64,000 nucleotides of DNA from an uncultured bacterium (GTDB lineage: Bacteria; Patescibacteriota; Minisyncoccia; UBA6257; 2-01-FULL-56-20). A program made the translations under genes and the position numbers. Under the pieces are notes generated by a model. That model saw only the letters and a list, made by a program, of their open reading frames with translations, did no database searches and was not told where the DNA came from. This document shows, one piece after another, positions 38,946-48,537 of the stretch (its first letter is position 1; each line of letters starts with the position of its first letter). The DNA lies in assembly GCA_963844965.1 (NCBI GenBank), contig CAWJQC010000004.1:32001-96000 (forward strand), in the 5' to 3' direction.

Positions 38946-39461
38946 TTATTTGGCGAATCCAGCCTTTCTGCTGAAAATTCTCCTGAAGAAACCGGGTCTT
39001 TTCTTCGGCTCGGCGACTTCTTTTTTGGCCTTTTCAACTCTTTTCTTTTTCGCCGGTTTTTCCTCTCCCGGCGGCAACTTAACTTTTTTAGGAACAACTA
39101 TCTTGAACCGCGGCGAAGCCAGATCCGGTTTCTCCGCTAAAATCATAGTAACGTGGCTCATTTTTCTCTGTATCGGCGTGGCTGTGCCGCGCGCGCGGGG
39201 CAGATATCTTTTGAGCATGGGGCCCTGGTCAACGCGCACACTCTCAACGAGAAATCTTTCTTCGGCTAAGCGCTTATTGTTCTTGATATCGGCGACGGCG
39301 GAACGCAAAAGCTTCAAAAGCGGTACGGCGGCTCGGCGCCTTATGGACATAAGCTGCGCTTCCGCTTCGTGGATAGGCAGTCCTTTAAGCAGATCGGCAA
39401 TGGCGCGCACCTTGCGCGGAGTCATTCTAAGATAATTCAGTTTTACTGTTTGCTTATTCAT
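38946..39461 (-). CDS. rplV: 50S ribosomal protein L22 with a Lys-rich C-terminal extension.
   Basis: L22 core plus a KKKRVEKAKK tail. Confidence 0.8.
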   Translation of the reverse strand: MNKQTVKLNYLRMTPRKVRAIADLLKGLPIHEAEAQLMSIRRRAAVPLLKLLRSAVADIKNNKRLAEERFLVESVRVDQGPMLKRYLPRARGTATPIQRKMSHVTMILAEKPDLASPRFKIVVPKKVKLPPGEEKPAKKKRVEKAKKEVAEPKKRPGFFRRIFSRKAGFAK

Positions 39462-39473
39462 GCGTAATTTTTA

Positions 39474-39806
39474 TTATTTCTTGACCTCCTTTGCCGGCGC
39501 GGCAGCCGGTGCTCCAGCGACAGCGGCGCTCGCCTCCAACTCACGCTGCATCTTGCCGCCGTGCCGCGTGAACTTCCTCGTCGGCGCGAATTCTCCCAAG
39601 CGATGGCCGACCATTTCTTCGCTCACTTTAACCTCAATGAAGATCTTGCCGTTGTGAACGCCGAAAGTGAATCCCACCATTTCCGGTGAAATCTCCGAAG
39701 CCCGCGACCATGTCTTAACAACCACCTTGTCGTCGGGCCTGAGTTTGGAAACCTTCTTAAGAAGTTTCGGGTCAACATAAGGACCTTTCTTTAGCGAGCG
39801 GCTCAT
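39474..39806 (-). CDS. rpsS: 30S ribosomal protein S19.
   Basis: [19 protein letters not shown]. Confidence 0.9.
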   Translation of the reverse strand: MSRSLKKGPYVDPKLLKKVSKLRPDDKVVVKTWSRASEISPEMVGFTFGVHNGKIFIEVKVSEEMVGHRLGEFAPTRKFTRHGGKMQRELEASAAVAGAPAAAPAKEVKK

Positions 39807-39882
39807 AATGATAAATTTTCAATTTCCAATTTTCCAATTTCCAAACGTTTGGAAATTCTGAACTTGGAATTATTTTCTCCGT

Positions 39883-40695
39883 TTAATTATAAGTTTTGCT
39901 CGACCATTTTTTCTTATTGCGGGTCTTGTGCCCGCCGGTAACCTTACCCCACAACGTTTTTGGTTTTCTCGTGCCGCGCGGCTGTCTGCCCTCGCCGCCG
40001 CCGTAGGGATGATCAACCGGATTCATGGCTGTGCCGCGGACGGTCGGCCTCACGCCAAGCCAGCGCGAGCGGCCGGCTTTTCCTATTGTAACCAAATTAT
40101 GCTCGGGATTGGAAAGTTGTCCGATGGAAGCGAAGGAGTTCCAGGAAACCCTTCGTATCTCGCCGGAGGACAACTTCAGGTCCGTATAGCCATCGGCGTT
40201 CGCGAGGACCTCCACGTAAGAACCGGCGGAACGGGCCAGCTTCCCGCCCACGCCCGGCTTCAATTCTATATTATGTACTTGGTAGCCAACTGGAATATTC
40301 TTCAATCTTAACCTATTTCCGATTTTAAGAGGCGCGGTATCGGACGTCACGATGGTATCCCCGACCGCGAGCCCCTGAGCCGCGAGAACGTAGCGGCGCT
40401 CGCCATTGGCGTATAAAACCCTGGCGATGAATGTGGTTCTGTAAGGATCATATTCCAAAGTTTCAACCTTGGCCGGCATATCCGGGAATTCGCTCTGCAC
40501 GAAATCTACCATCCTGTACAGCTTTTTGTGACCGCCGCCCTGATGGCGCACCGTGATTCTTCCCTGCGAGTTCCTGCCCGCGTGGTCCTGAAGGCGCCTA
40601 AGCAGCGGCTTATACGGTTCTGTTTTTGTAAGCGCACCATAATCGGGTACCGTCATCTGCCTGCGTCCCGGAGTTGTTGGCTTGTAAGCTTTCAT
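39883..40695 (-). CDS. rplB: 50S ribosomal protein L2.
   Basis: ...GGGHKKLYR...HPYGGGEGR. Confidence 0.9.
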   Translation of the reverse strand: MKAYKPTTPGRRQMTVPDYGALTKTEPYKPLLRRLQDHAGRNSQGRITVRHQGGGHKKLYRMVDFVQSEFPDMPAKVETLEYDPYRTTFIARVLYANGERRYVLAAQGLAVGDTIVTSDTAPLKIGNRLRLKNIPVGYQVHNIELKPGVGGKLARSAGSYVEVLANADGYTDLKLSSGEIRRVSWNSFASIGQLSNPEHNLVTIGKAGRSRWLGVRPTVRGTAMNPVDHPYGGGEGRQPRGTRKPKTLWGKVTGGHKTRNKKKWSSKTYN

Positions 40696-40702
40696 CGGAA
40701 AA

Positions 40703-40978
40703 TTATTGTATGTCTATTTTTTGTCCGGCCTTAAGCGTCACAATCGCTTTTTTGTATCCAGATTGTTTGCCGCGCAGGGCGCCGACGCGCTTATGCTTGG
40801 CCGGGCGATTGACGATATTGACTGCGACCGCATCGGCTTTGTAAATTTCTTTCACCGCTTTTTTGATCTCCGGCTTGGTGGCGTCATTCCTCACGAGAAA
40901 AACGTATTTGCCGAACTTGGACAAGTCGGTCGCTCTCTCTGTCACCCACGGTTTTTTTATCAAAAATACGCTGCTCAT
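40703..40978 (-). CDS. rplW: 50S ribosomal protein L23.
   Basis: 91-aa protein in the conserved position. Confidence 0.8.
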   Translation of the reverse strand: MSSVFLIKKPWVTERATDLSKFGKYVFLVRNDATKPEIKKAVKEIYKADAVAVNIVNRPAKHKRVGALRGKQSGYKKAIVTLKAGQKIDIQ

Positions 40979-41619
40979 GATTTGTAACGTTTACCCATAA
41001 TTTCAACGGCTTTTCTGTCCATGAAAATATTCTTATAGTTCAAAATGTCGTAGAGATTCAGCGACTCCGGAGGAACAGTTTTTGTCTTGACCAAATTCCG
41101 CGAGGCGCGCGCCAAATTTTTGTTTTCTTTGTTCGCGACAAGAAGTAGATCAAATTTTTTATCCTTCTTTTTCAAGTTCAAAACCGGCGCGAGCGCCGCG
41201 GCAAGAACCTTGGTTTTCGGCCGCTCCACGTTCAAATCTTCAAAAATCCTCACGTCATTGTCTTTGAGTTTGCGCGAGAGCGCGCTCACGAGAGCCAGAC
41301 GCTTCATTTTCTTGTTTATCTTCTGCGAATAATCGCGCAACTTGGAAGGTCCGTGCGCCTTGCCGCCGCCAACCCACAACGGCGAGCGGATAGAGCCATG
41401 CCTCGCGCGCCCCGTTCCCTTCTGCCGCCACGGCTTTCTGCCGCCGCCTCGGACTTCGGCGCGGGTCTTTGCGTGCGCCCACGGGCGTCTGGCGTTCGCA
41501 AGCTGGGCAACCAAAACCTGTTGCACAAGCTCCGGATTCCACTTCACGCCAAAAATCTTGTCGGGTAGTTCAATCTCGCCGACCACCTCGTTTTTTAAAT
41601 TATAAACCGCGGCTTTCAT
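40975..41619 (-). CDS. rplD: 50S ribosomal protein L4.
   Basis: 214 aa, with an RGGGRKPWRQKGTGRAR loop. Confidence 0.85.
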   Translation of the reverse strand: MKAAVYNLKNEVVGEIELPDKIFGVKWNPELVQQVLVAQLANARRPWAHAKTRAEVRGGGRKPWRQKGTGRARHGSIRSPLWVGGGKAHGPSKLRDYSQKINKKMKRLALVSALSRKLKDNDVRIFEDLNVERPKTKVLAAALAPVLNLKKKDKKFDLLLVANKENKNLARASRNLVKTKTVPPESLNLYDILNYKNIFMDRKAVEIMGKRYKS

Positions 41620-41620
41620 T

Positions 41621-42172
41621 CTATTTTCTATTTTCTATTTTCTGTACTTCCAAAATCCCTCCCCTCGCTCCGGGAACCGCTCCCTTTATAAAAAGCAATC
41701 CGTTCTCTTTATCAACGCCGGCGACCTTCAAATTTTTTACCGTCACGCGCTCGTCGCCCATGTGGCCGGCCATGCGGTGGCCCGGCGTAACCCGCTGGGG
41801 CGCGGTGCTGCCGATGGAACCGCCGGCGCGGAAACGGTTTTTCTGTCCGTGTGTTTTCGGTCCGCCGGCGAAACCATGGCGCTTGACGACACCAGCAAAG
41901 CCACGTCCCTTCATCGTGCCCGACACGCGCACCACATCACCTTCCTTGAAAGCATCAACCTCTATTGCGTCACCAACTTTAAATTTCTCGCTTTCGGTTC
42001 TGAATTCCCGCTTTTGCTTTCCGAGAGCGAGCTGAACGGCTTCATATCCGTCCCGTTCGTTAGTGCGAACAAAAGTTACCTTATTCGGCTGCGCGCGAAG
42101 CACCGTCACGGGCACGACGGTTTTGTCCTTCCAAATCTGGGTCATCTTCAATTTTTTCGCCAGGATAAACAT
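41621..42172 (-). CDS. rplC: 50S ribosomal protein L3.
   Basis: KKLKMTQIW...FKEGDVVRVSGTMKGRGFAG. Confidence 0.85.
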   Translation of the reverse strand: MFILAKKLKMTQIWKDKTVVPVTVLRAQPNKVTFVRTNERDGYEAVQLALGKQKREFRTESEKFKVGDAIEVDAFKEGDVVRVSGTMKGRGFAGVVKRHGFAGGPKTHGQKNRFRAGGSIGSTAPQRVTPGHRMAGHMGDERVTVKNLKVAGVDKENGLLFIKGAVPGARGGILEVQKIENRK

Positions 42173-42407
42173 AACTTAATAAAAATCCGCCCAAGCACAC
42201 CCGGGCGGTCCGGCTGTCCTTGTGAAAACGTTCTTAATTATTGTCCAGAACGTCCATTAAAGAGACAAGCTAATACTACGCCGGAATGCCTGGAACGTCA
42301 ATAGCACCCCCTCCACAAGCAAAATCGGCCTGATTTTGCCGCCTTGCCTTCTAAAATGTCGGTAAAATAAAAAGCCGGGCCGTTAGAACTTCAGCCCGGC
42401 AACTTGC

Positions 42408-43511
42408 TCACCGAAGAATGAAACGTCCCGGTTTGCTTGAGTAATCAGAGAAGAAATTCGCATACGGGAAACGCAGAACACCATAGCCGTGCGTCACGCT
42501 TTTTGAGACGAACGCGGGCCTTTCTCGTTTCCATCGCTCATACTCTTCTTCCTTGAACAGCACGACGCGTAGCGGATTGCGCGATTCATCAATAACGGCA
42601 GGAAGAGCAAACTCCCAAAACGCCATGTCGTCCTGTTCGTCGCGCGTGAAGAGCGAACGAACGTCGGCGATATCGCCTTCGGCCCAGAACGCGAATCCGC
42701 CGCAGGAAGTCAAATATATTCTCTCCAACTCTTTCGGCCGAATACCCTCCAACTTCAACAAATCAAATCTGTTACAAACAGCCAAAGGCTTTAACCGAGA
42801 ATAGTAAAAAAGTTGTCGCGCTTCCTTTCTTACACATTTGGCAAATATGTCCTCGATGTAGGCGGCGAGGAACGGGAGCTCGTGACTAATGTCGGCATCA
42901 AAACAGTTGACCGAATGTTCAACCGGCAGGGCGTATTTCCAAATGCTCGGAATCGTTTCTTGGAGAATGGCAAGTGTGTCCGGCACCGACCCGCCGATAG
43001 TACTGAGAGAATTGAGGCCGGGAACCGTTTCGCCGTGTATGAAGTGCCGGTGGCAAACCGACACATACCGGAGATATATACCCATGCCGTCGCTGTGCAT
43101 GAATTCCAGAAGACGCAGGGTTTTTTCCGGCGCGAACATAACGAGCACGCATTTCTTCGTTTTCTCAATCGGCACCGTTTCGCCGGGCAGTACGTGCCCT
43201 TTATCCCCGAGCGCGCGGAGAAGTTCTTCGGCGGCTTCATCGCAACCGTCACGCCGGAGCTGGGCATAAAAATCGGCGAGAACGCGCGCATCGCTGAAAA
43301 GTCCGTTAAGTTCGTTCAAAAACGCGGTTGGGGTGTCGGCTTTATCGGCGATATTTGCCAACGTTTCCGTCATAAATCCGAGTTTGCCGCGCCTTCGCCC
43401 AAACACTTTATGGCCGGCGAGTTTCTGAAATAACCGGTCAAATTGCTGTCCACGAAGAACCGTCTTTCCTTCAGGCACCTGTTTCATGGGAACCTCCTTG
43501 TTCCGAAACAC
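42408..43511 (-). CDS. Hypothetical 367-aa protein in a locally GC-rich segment.
   Basis: Long ORF with no recognisable motif. Many overlapping antisense ORFs indicate a compositional shift. Confidence 0.45.
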   Translation of the reverse strand: MFRNKEVPMKQVPEGKTVLRGQQFDRLFQKLAGHKVFGRRRGKLGFMTETLANIADKADTPTAFLNELNGLFSDARVLADFYAQLRRDGCDEAAEELLRALGDKGHVLPGETVPIEKTKKCVLVMFAPEKTLRLLEFMHSDGMGIYLRYVSVCHRHFIHGETVPGLNSLSTIGGSVPDTLAILQETIPSIWKYALPVEHSVNCFDADISHELPFLAAYIEDIFAKCVRKEARQLFYYSRLKPLAVCNRFDLLKLEGIRPKELERIYLTSCGGFAFWAEGDIADVRSLFTRDEQDDMAFWEFALPAVIDESRNPLRVVLFKEEEYERWKRERPAFVSKSVTHGYGVLRFPYANFFSDYSSKPGRFILR

Positions 43512-43690
43512 ATCTGAAGCAACACTTCCTGGGAAATGCCTATTCGTCTGCCTTTCAGCAGACCGTCTCCTGGGAAACGTGGATTAGCGCATTTTCAAAG
43601 AACATGCACCGAACAAATCATAAGCAATGCGGACTTCTAAGTCAAGCGCATCGTAGATGCGGCCGACACCGAAAATCTTCCGTTCCCAAT

Positions 43691-44695
43691 TTACTGTGCC
43701 ACCATAAGCGTCCTCCTTATTGAGTCAAACTGATTAAGCAATGCCGTGCGGTCAAATTCATGGACAACGCCAGGCGGATAGTTATAAATATCCGTGGAGT
43801 GTATGAGATAGCGCACCGCGAGGCAGGGATTTGTGCCGGGAACGGCCCAGACTTGTTCTTCGTAAAAATTGCCCGCCGCCCCTTCGGTCGTCGTAGCAAC
43901 GGAATACTCCGCGCCGCCGTCGGTCACATTCTCTGCGACCAGATTTTGCCGGTCAAGAAAAGGAAGCGCGCTGCAATCCTTTATGTTCGGAGTTTCTTCA
44001 ACCGACACGCCCGTGTCGTAGTGTGAAAGATTGGTACCGGTCGCCATCGCGGCGGGAATAACAAATTTGACGCCGCTGATATCCTTGCCCGGGCCGAGTT
44101 CCTGATACTTATACGAAGCGTCAACGGAGTAGCCCACGGGATAACGTATGGAAAAACCCGCCGTTCCGCTTGCGTAAGTTTGCGGCAAACCGCCCGAGTC
44201 TGGCGCAAGCACAATACAGCCAACGTAATTTTTCTCTTCGTTATTCTCAAAAACGAGCGCGCCGTTGCCCTTGCCCCAGAAAACGAACGACTCGTCACTG
44301 TTGGCGTAACGTATTCCGTCCGCCGATATTGTTTGCGGCAAAGTGAATCTGCGCCCGTCGCTTAAAACCAAGGCAACGCTCCCACCGGGAACCGGCGGCT
44401 CGCCGGGCTTTACGGGCGGCGGAGTTCCCTTGTAAAAACTTGCGTCAATCGTCTTTCCGCCATTGCACAGATAGGTAACTTCATTGATAGGCGCGGGCGC
44501 CGCGGACTTTTCCGGCGCGCCGCGGCGGGCGTACCAAAACCACACGCCAAAAAACACCAAGATGACCGCGAGCACCGCAAACAATATTTTAATATTCCTA
44601 AATTCCATGATTTTAGTTTTTAGAAACGCCCGATCCGATAAGCACAGGTGGCACTCTGTGGAGATAGCGAGAGGCACCAGTTGCAACTTCGCCAA
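43691..44695 (-). CDS. Membrane-anchored protein with an MliC/PliC-like (lysozyme-inhibitor) domain plus an unknown C-terminal domain.
   Basis: The probable start is MEFRNIKILFAVLAVILVFF (44608). Motif region CNGGKTIDASFYKG...VALVLSDGRRFTLPQTISADGIRYANSDESFVFWGKGNGALV...C. Confidence 0.5.
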   Translation of the reverse strand: MAKLQLVPLAISTECHLCLSDRAFLKTKIMEFRNIKILFAVLAVILVFFGVWFWYARRGAPEKSAAPAPINEVTYLCNGGKTIDASFYKGTPPPVKPGEPPVPGGSVALVLSDGRRFTLPQTISADGIRYANSDESFVFWGKGNGALVFENNEEKNYVGCIVLAPDSGGLPQTYASGTAGFSIRYPVGYSVDASYKYQELGPGKDISGVKFVIPAAMATGTNLSHYDTGVSVEETPNIKDCSALPFLDRQNLVAENVTDGGAEYSVATTTEGAAGNFYEEQVWAVPGTNPCLAVRYLIHSTDIYNYPPGVVHEFDRTALLNQFDSIRRTLMVAQ

Positions 44696-44706
44696 ACCAA
44701 CCGCCG

Positions 44707-45018
44707 TCAGCTGTAAGCCAAAATGATAAACACAATCGCGACGATTACGACGAGGAACGTAATGGTTGCCGCAACAAGATTTATCGCTTCCCTTTTTTTG
44801 CCGTTAAAGTACCAAAGAATCGGCCGGCCGAAGATAACAATGCCCATTACAGCCGCGGAAATCACAAAAACAAGAAGAAACGCCGAGACGACCAGCACCC
44901 CGCCCCCGGGACCGAAAACGTGGTTCGCGTTTGAAATCAAAAGAGCGACGAGCCCCACGTAGGCCGCGGCGGCAAGCGCGTTAAGCAAGCCGTAGCCGAT
45001 TATTCGTTTTGTTTTCAT
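44707..45018 (-). CDS. Small 3-TM membrane protein, hypothetical.
   Basis: 103-aa hydrophobic ORF. Confidence 0.4.
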   Translation of the reverse strand: MKTKRIIGYGLLNALAAAAYVGLVALLISNANHVFGPGGGVLVVSAFLLVFVISAAVMGIVIFGRPILWYFNGKKREAINLVAATITFLVVIVAIVFIILAYS

Positions 45019-45030
45019 TGTATAGAAATA

Positions 45031-46422
45031 TTACTGCTGGCATGCCTGGCCCGTCAGCCACGGTCCACTCGTGGCGTTGGGATCGTATGGCACGAGCGGC
45101 ACTACGCACGACCAGGAAAGGCCAGTGGATTTGAGCACGATTTTGCTATCGCTTCGGTCCGTTATTACGCTACGCAGTCCGATGGTAATTGTCGGGTCAA
45201 CGCCGGAAATGCCCATGCGGTGCACCCCCAATATTTCAATCGGGAGCATTCTCTGGGTGGTTGGTCCTAATGGGAAGGAAAACGGAACGTTAATGTTCTC
45301 TCCGCTGTGCGTGAAGGGAATAGATGGGTCAGCCGCCAGATTTTCCAGGTGATAATCGGTTGACGGATCATCAGCTACGCGCAAAACCAGCGGCGAATCG
45401 GCGACATTCAAAGCCGTGTAAGAAATATCAACGTTTAGTCCGGTAATCGTAATCTGGTTGGAATCTATATTGTTGAAAACAAGACCACCATTGTCCGTAC
45501 TTTCCTGAAGCACGGTGCTCATGGCCGACGGCGAAGTGACGATCAGTTGGCCGGGGTCGGTCGTAAAGGAAAAATTTTTGGACTGAACCCGCTGGTCGTT
45601 TCCGGAAGTCTGAGCCAAACCGATGGCACAAGCGTATGAAGTTCTCACATCGAACATCGGATTTTGGTCGGTATCGTCGGAAGACGGGATATTCGGCGGC
45701 GGATTGCAGGAGAACGAAACGAAAAAACGCGGCACCGAACCGCTGCCGCCGATGGAAGTTTCGTCCAAACCCCATATTACACTGCTTTTTGTGCCTGCGA
45801 ACGTGGTAAATTTTGCTTCGTATGGGCCGTCAAACCGTTCGTTCAAAGAAAGCGTGGTGGCGTCCAAAAACGTCCGCGCCGTAATTACCGCCGGGACGGA
45901 AGCGGCGGCTGTTGTCGGGGTCGTAGCGGATTTTGCCTGCGCTCCGGCCTTTTTACTTGTAGTTTTCCCACCGGACTGGGTGGTCGCGGCGGCCGTCGTG
46001 GCGGTCGTTGTGGAAAACGGCACATCCACGCTTGGCAATAGTCCCGCCACAATCTCCGTCTGTGCATCCAAACTCGCGACGCTTGAGGTGGCAACGCTTG
46101 AAGTAGCCGTGGAAGTTGAGAACGCAATAACACTTTGCATCATGGCAATCTCTTTCGGGACGCCTACTGCCATGCCCAGGCGTGCCTGCATGCCCATAAC
46201 TTCAATCGTCTGTTTATAGGAAACAATTTCCGTCAAAGTTTTCGCCGCGAAAACTCCTCCGAAGAGGATTGCCGCGAGCCCGACAAGAAAAGGAACTCTC
46301 GTGCTGAACAACTTCAAGATTTTTCCGGAGATATTTCCGCCGCCCAAAAAAATGGCCTTGAAGCCGCCGGGTCTGGCGGGCTTTTCACGGCGCACAATAT
46401 CTTGTACGCGCCTGTTATTCAT
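45031..46422 (-). CDS. Large N-terminally anchored secreted/cell-surface protein with a Ser/Thr-rich linker.
   Basis: 463 aa. TM near the N-terminus, a TTTATTAAATTQSGG linker, and a Cys-containing C-terminus. Confidence 0.45.
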   Translation of the reverse strand: MNNRRVQDIVRREKPARPGGFKAIFLGGGNISGKILKLFSTRVPFLVGLAAILFGGVFAAKTLTEIVSYKQTIEVMGMQARLGMAVGVPKEIAMMQSVIAFSTSTATSSVATSSVASLDAQTEIVAGLLPSVDVPFSTTTATTAAATTQSGGKTTSKKAGAQAKSATTPTTAAASVPAVITARTFLDATTLSLNERFDGPYEAKFTTFAGTKSSVIWGLDETSIGGSGSVPRFFVSFSCNPPPNIPSSDDTDQNPMFDVRTSYACAIGLAQTSGNDQRVQSKNFSFTTDPGQLIVTSPSAMSTVLQESTDNGGLVFNNIDSNQITITGLNVDISYTALNVADSPLVLRVADDPSTDYHLENLAADPSIPFTHSGENINVPFSFPLGPTTQRMLPIEILGVHRMGISGVDPTITIGLRSVITDRSDSKIVLKSTGLSWSCVVPLVPYDPNATSGPWLTGQACQQ

Positions 46423-46717
46423 TTGACGTATTGTTATATATTACCTCAGGACGCGTGGGGATTCAAACGTAGGCAAAATCGCAGTTTTGTTGCGGCAGGG
46501 CAAATCACCCGGAGCGCTGAAGGATTAAAAAACAAAGCCGCAACCACGACTGTTCACTTTTTATGAACAATCATTTTATCGCTTGTTAAAAATTGAAACT
46601 GCCGACCGTGGATACAAAAATCTTTCAAAAGCCCGAAAAGAAAACACCCCGAAAACGAATTGGCTTTCGGGGCGACTTGTTAGAAAAAAACAGGAGTCAG
46701 GATTCTATTCTCTGGTT

Positions 46718-47162
46718 TCAATTGAGGCCCGTTGCGGCAAGAAGTGTGCGGCGAATCACCGAATCGTGTCCCATCTCATTGTATGTGGCCGCCTCTATAC
46801 GCCTCTCCAAAACAGCAGGAAGCCCAAGTATTTCTTTCTTGACCTCCCGTTCGGCAGAGCTCGCCACACCTTCCGTAATCATCGCGTATACCGCAGTCAA
46901 CGGATAGTAGTCATTTTCCGCGGTGATGATGACACCGAGCGGCGTCAGCTTCCATCGGTGGGGTCTTTGCGCAGATACTCAAGAATACGCTGTAGTCGTA
47001 GATATCGCGCCCCAACAGTGCGCCGAAGAACAGCAACAAAACACCCTGAATTCCTACGACCACGTGATGACCTTGTATTTGATCTTTTGAAAAAAGAGCG
47101 AAAGCGGTGCATATTCCACCAAACACCAGCAGCACGACAAGCGATGGCTTAGCGCCCTTCAT
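46718..47162 (-). CDS. Hypothetical membrane protein, probably one gene split by a frameshift.
   Basis: ORFs 46911-47162 and 46718-46900 are collinear. Confidence 0.3.
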
Positions 47163-47434
47163 ATACCCCCCCTTCCTCTTTTTTATCTTTGGCCTATCCA
47201 GCTGGCCTCAACCTAACACAGCGAAAGTTATTAGTCAAATGCGGCGGCTTTTTATAACTTGCGCGCTGATCACGGCAAAAATCTGCCGCCGGCCGGGAAT
47301 GCGGGGGTTTAAACGAGGTCCAGCTGGTCCTCGGCCACAGGGTTTTAGAAAACCAATTCAAAACTGCCCTTTCCTGCGCTTCGCCGAAGGCTTCGGCAAG
47401 GCGAGCGGGCGGTGGTGAAAAAAATTACCTAGTT

Positions 47435-47782
47435 CTATTTGCCGTCGGCGCTGCTGGCCGGAAACTCGGAAGACGCGTCTCCGTCGTTCATCCATTGCCA
47501 AATTTCGGCTCGGCGCTTTTCGGCGCCGGGAAACACGTCATCGGGTATGGCAATACGCCGCAATTCTTCTTCGGTCAAGCTGCTGAGGTTAACCGACGAG
47601 GGGTCTTTGCCTAAAAGAGATTTGAGCGTTTTAAGGCTCGCTTTTATCCGTTTCGGGGCGAGAGCGTCCTTATTCCACAACTCTGAATCTTTTCTAATTG
47701 CGTCCAAATTTTCGTGCGCCAGGGCGATCCTGTCGTTCCTGGAGAGTTCGTTCCCGCCAATCTTATCTGCAGGTTCTGGCAT
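47435..47782 (-). CDS. Hypothetical protein.
   Basis: 115-aa ORF. Confidence 0.35.
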   Translation of the reverse strand: MPEPADKIGGNELSRNDRIALAHENLDAIRKDSELWNKDALAPKRIKASLKTLKSLLGKDPSSVNLSSLTEEELRRIAIPDDVFPGAEKRRAEIWQWMNDGDASSEFPASSADGK

Positions 47783-47841
47783 AAATTTATATTACAACAA
47801 TTTAATTTCTAAGTCCAAGCCCTGAATTAACAGAGAAATTC

Positions 47842-47870
47842 AAAACCGCCTTTTCGGGCGGCTTTGTTTC
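47842..47870. terminator. Bidirectional terminator hairpin downstream of rpsJ.
   Basis: AAAAccgccttttcgggcggcTTTGTTT. Confidence 0.5.
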
Positions 47871-47885
47871 TGCGTAATTCCGCGT

Positions 47886-48236
47886 AGTTCCGCGCTTAGA
47901 CCATTTTGATTTCCACATCTACGCCAGCCGGTAAATTCAGATTGCTCAGCGATTCCACGATTTTCTGACTGGGATTCAGTATTTCCACGAGGCGCTTGTG
48001 GACGCGGAGCTCAAACTGCTCGCGCGAGTCCTTGTGGACGAATGTTGAACGATTTACGGTGTAGCGCTTAATCTCGGTCGGCAGCGGAATCGGCCCTACG
48101 ATGCGCGCGTCCTGCCTCTCGGCGGCTTCAATAATTTGCCGCGCCGAATTATCAATCAGCTTGTGATCTGTATGACTTGATTCTCAGCCTGATTTTTTGC
48201 GGAAGGTCCGCTACTTTTTTGGCCATTATTTTTTCC
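47886..48236 (-). CDS. rpsJ: 30S ribosomal protein S10, with a 1-nt frameshift near 48165. It is absent from the ORF track.
   Basis: [19 protein letters not shown] then shifted to [41 protein letters not shown]...[13 protein letters not shown]. Confidence 0.8.
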
Positions 48237-48537
48237 TATTGAGGGAATTCATCCGGATGTTCGTCCTCGTATTTTTCAAGAAGTCCGTTGTACAGATTTA
48301 TATCCCTTTCGAGTTTGGAGCAGGATTCAAGCTCCCAGTGCCCGATATCCCCTTGACGGGACGCCGCTGGCTCGCCACTTCCGCAAATTGGCTCTCTAAT
48401 CGCTTAACCAGGGCTTTCAGTTTTTCGTAGTCCTCGTGATTTTGAGGCGGATTTTTCAACCAGCTCCTGTTGTCAAAGTTAGTTTCTTTTTCCTCACCAA
48501 GCTAATTTTGGATTCACTGCGATTTTTTTCACCCATA

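Noticed and set aside
42813-43433. Multiple 60-200 aa ORFs on both strands inside 42408-43511.
   Set aside because: A typical artefact of a GC-rich coding region. Only the long minus-strand ORF is coherent.
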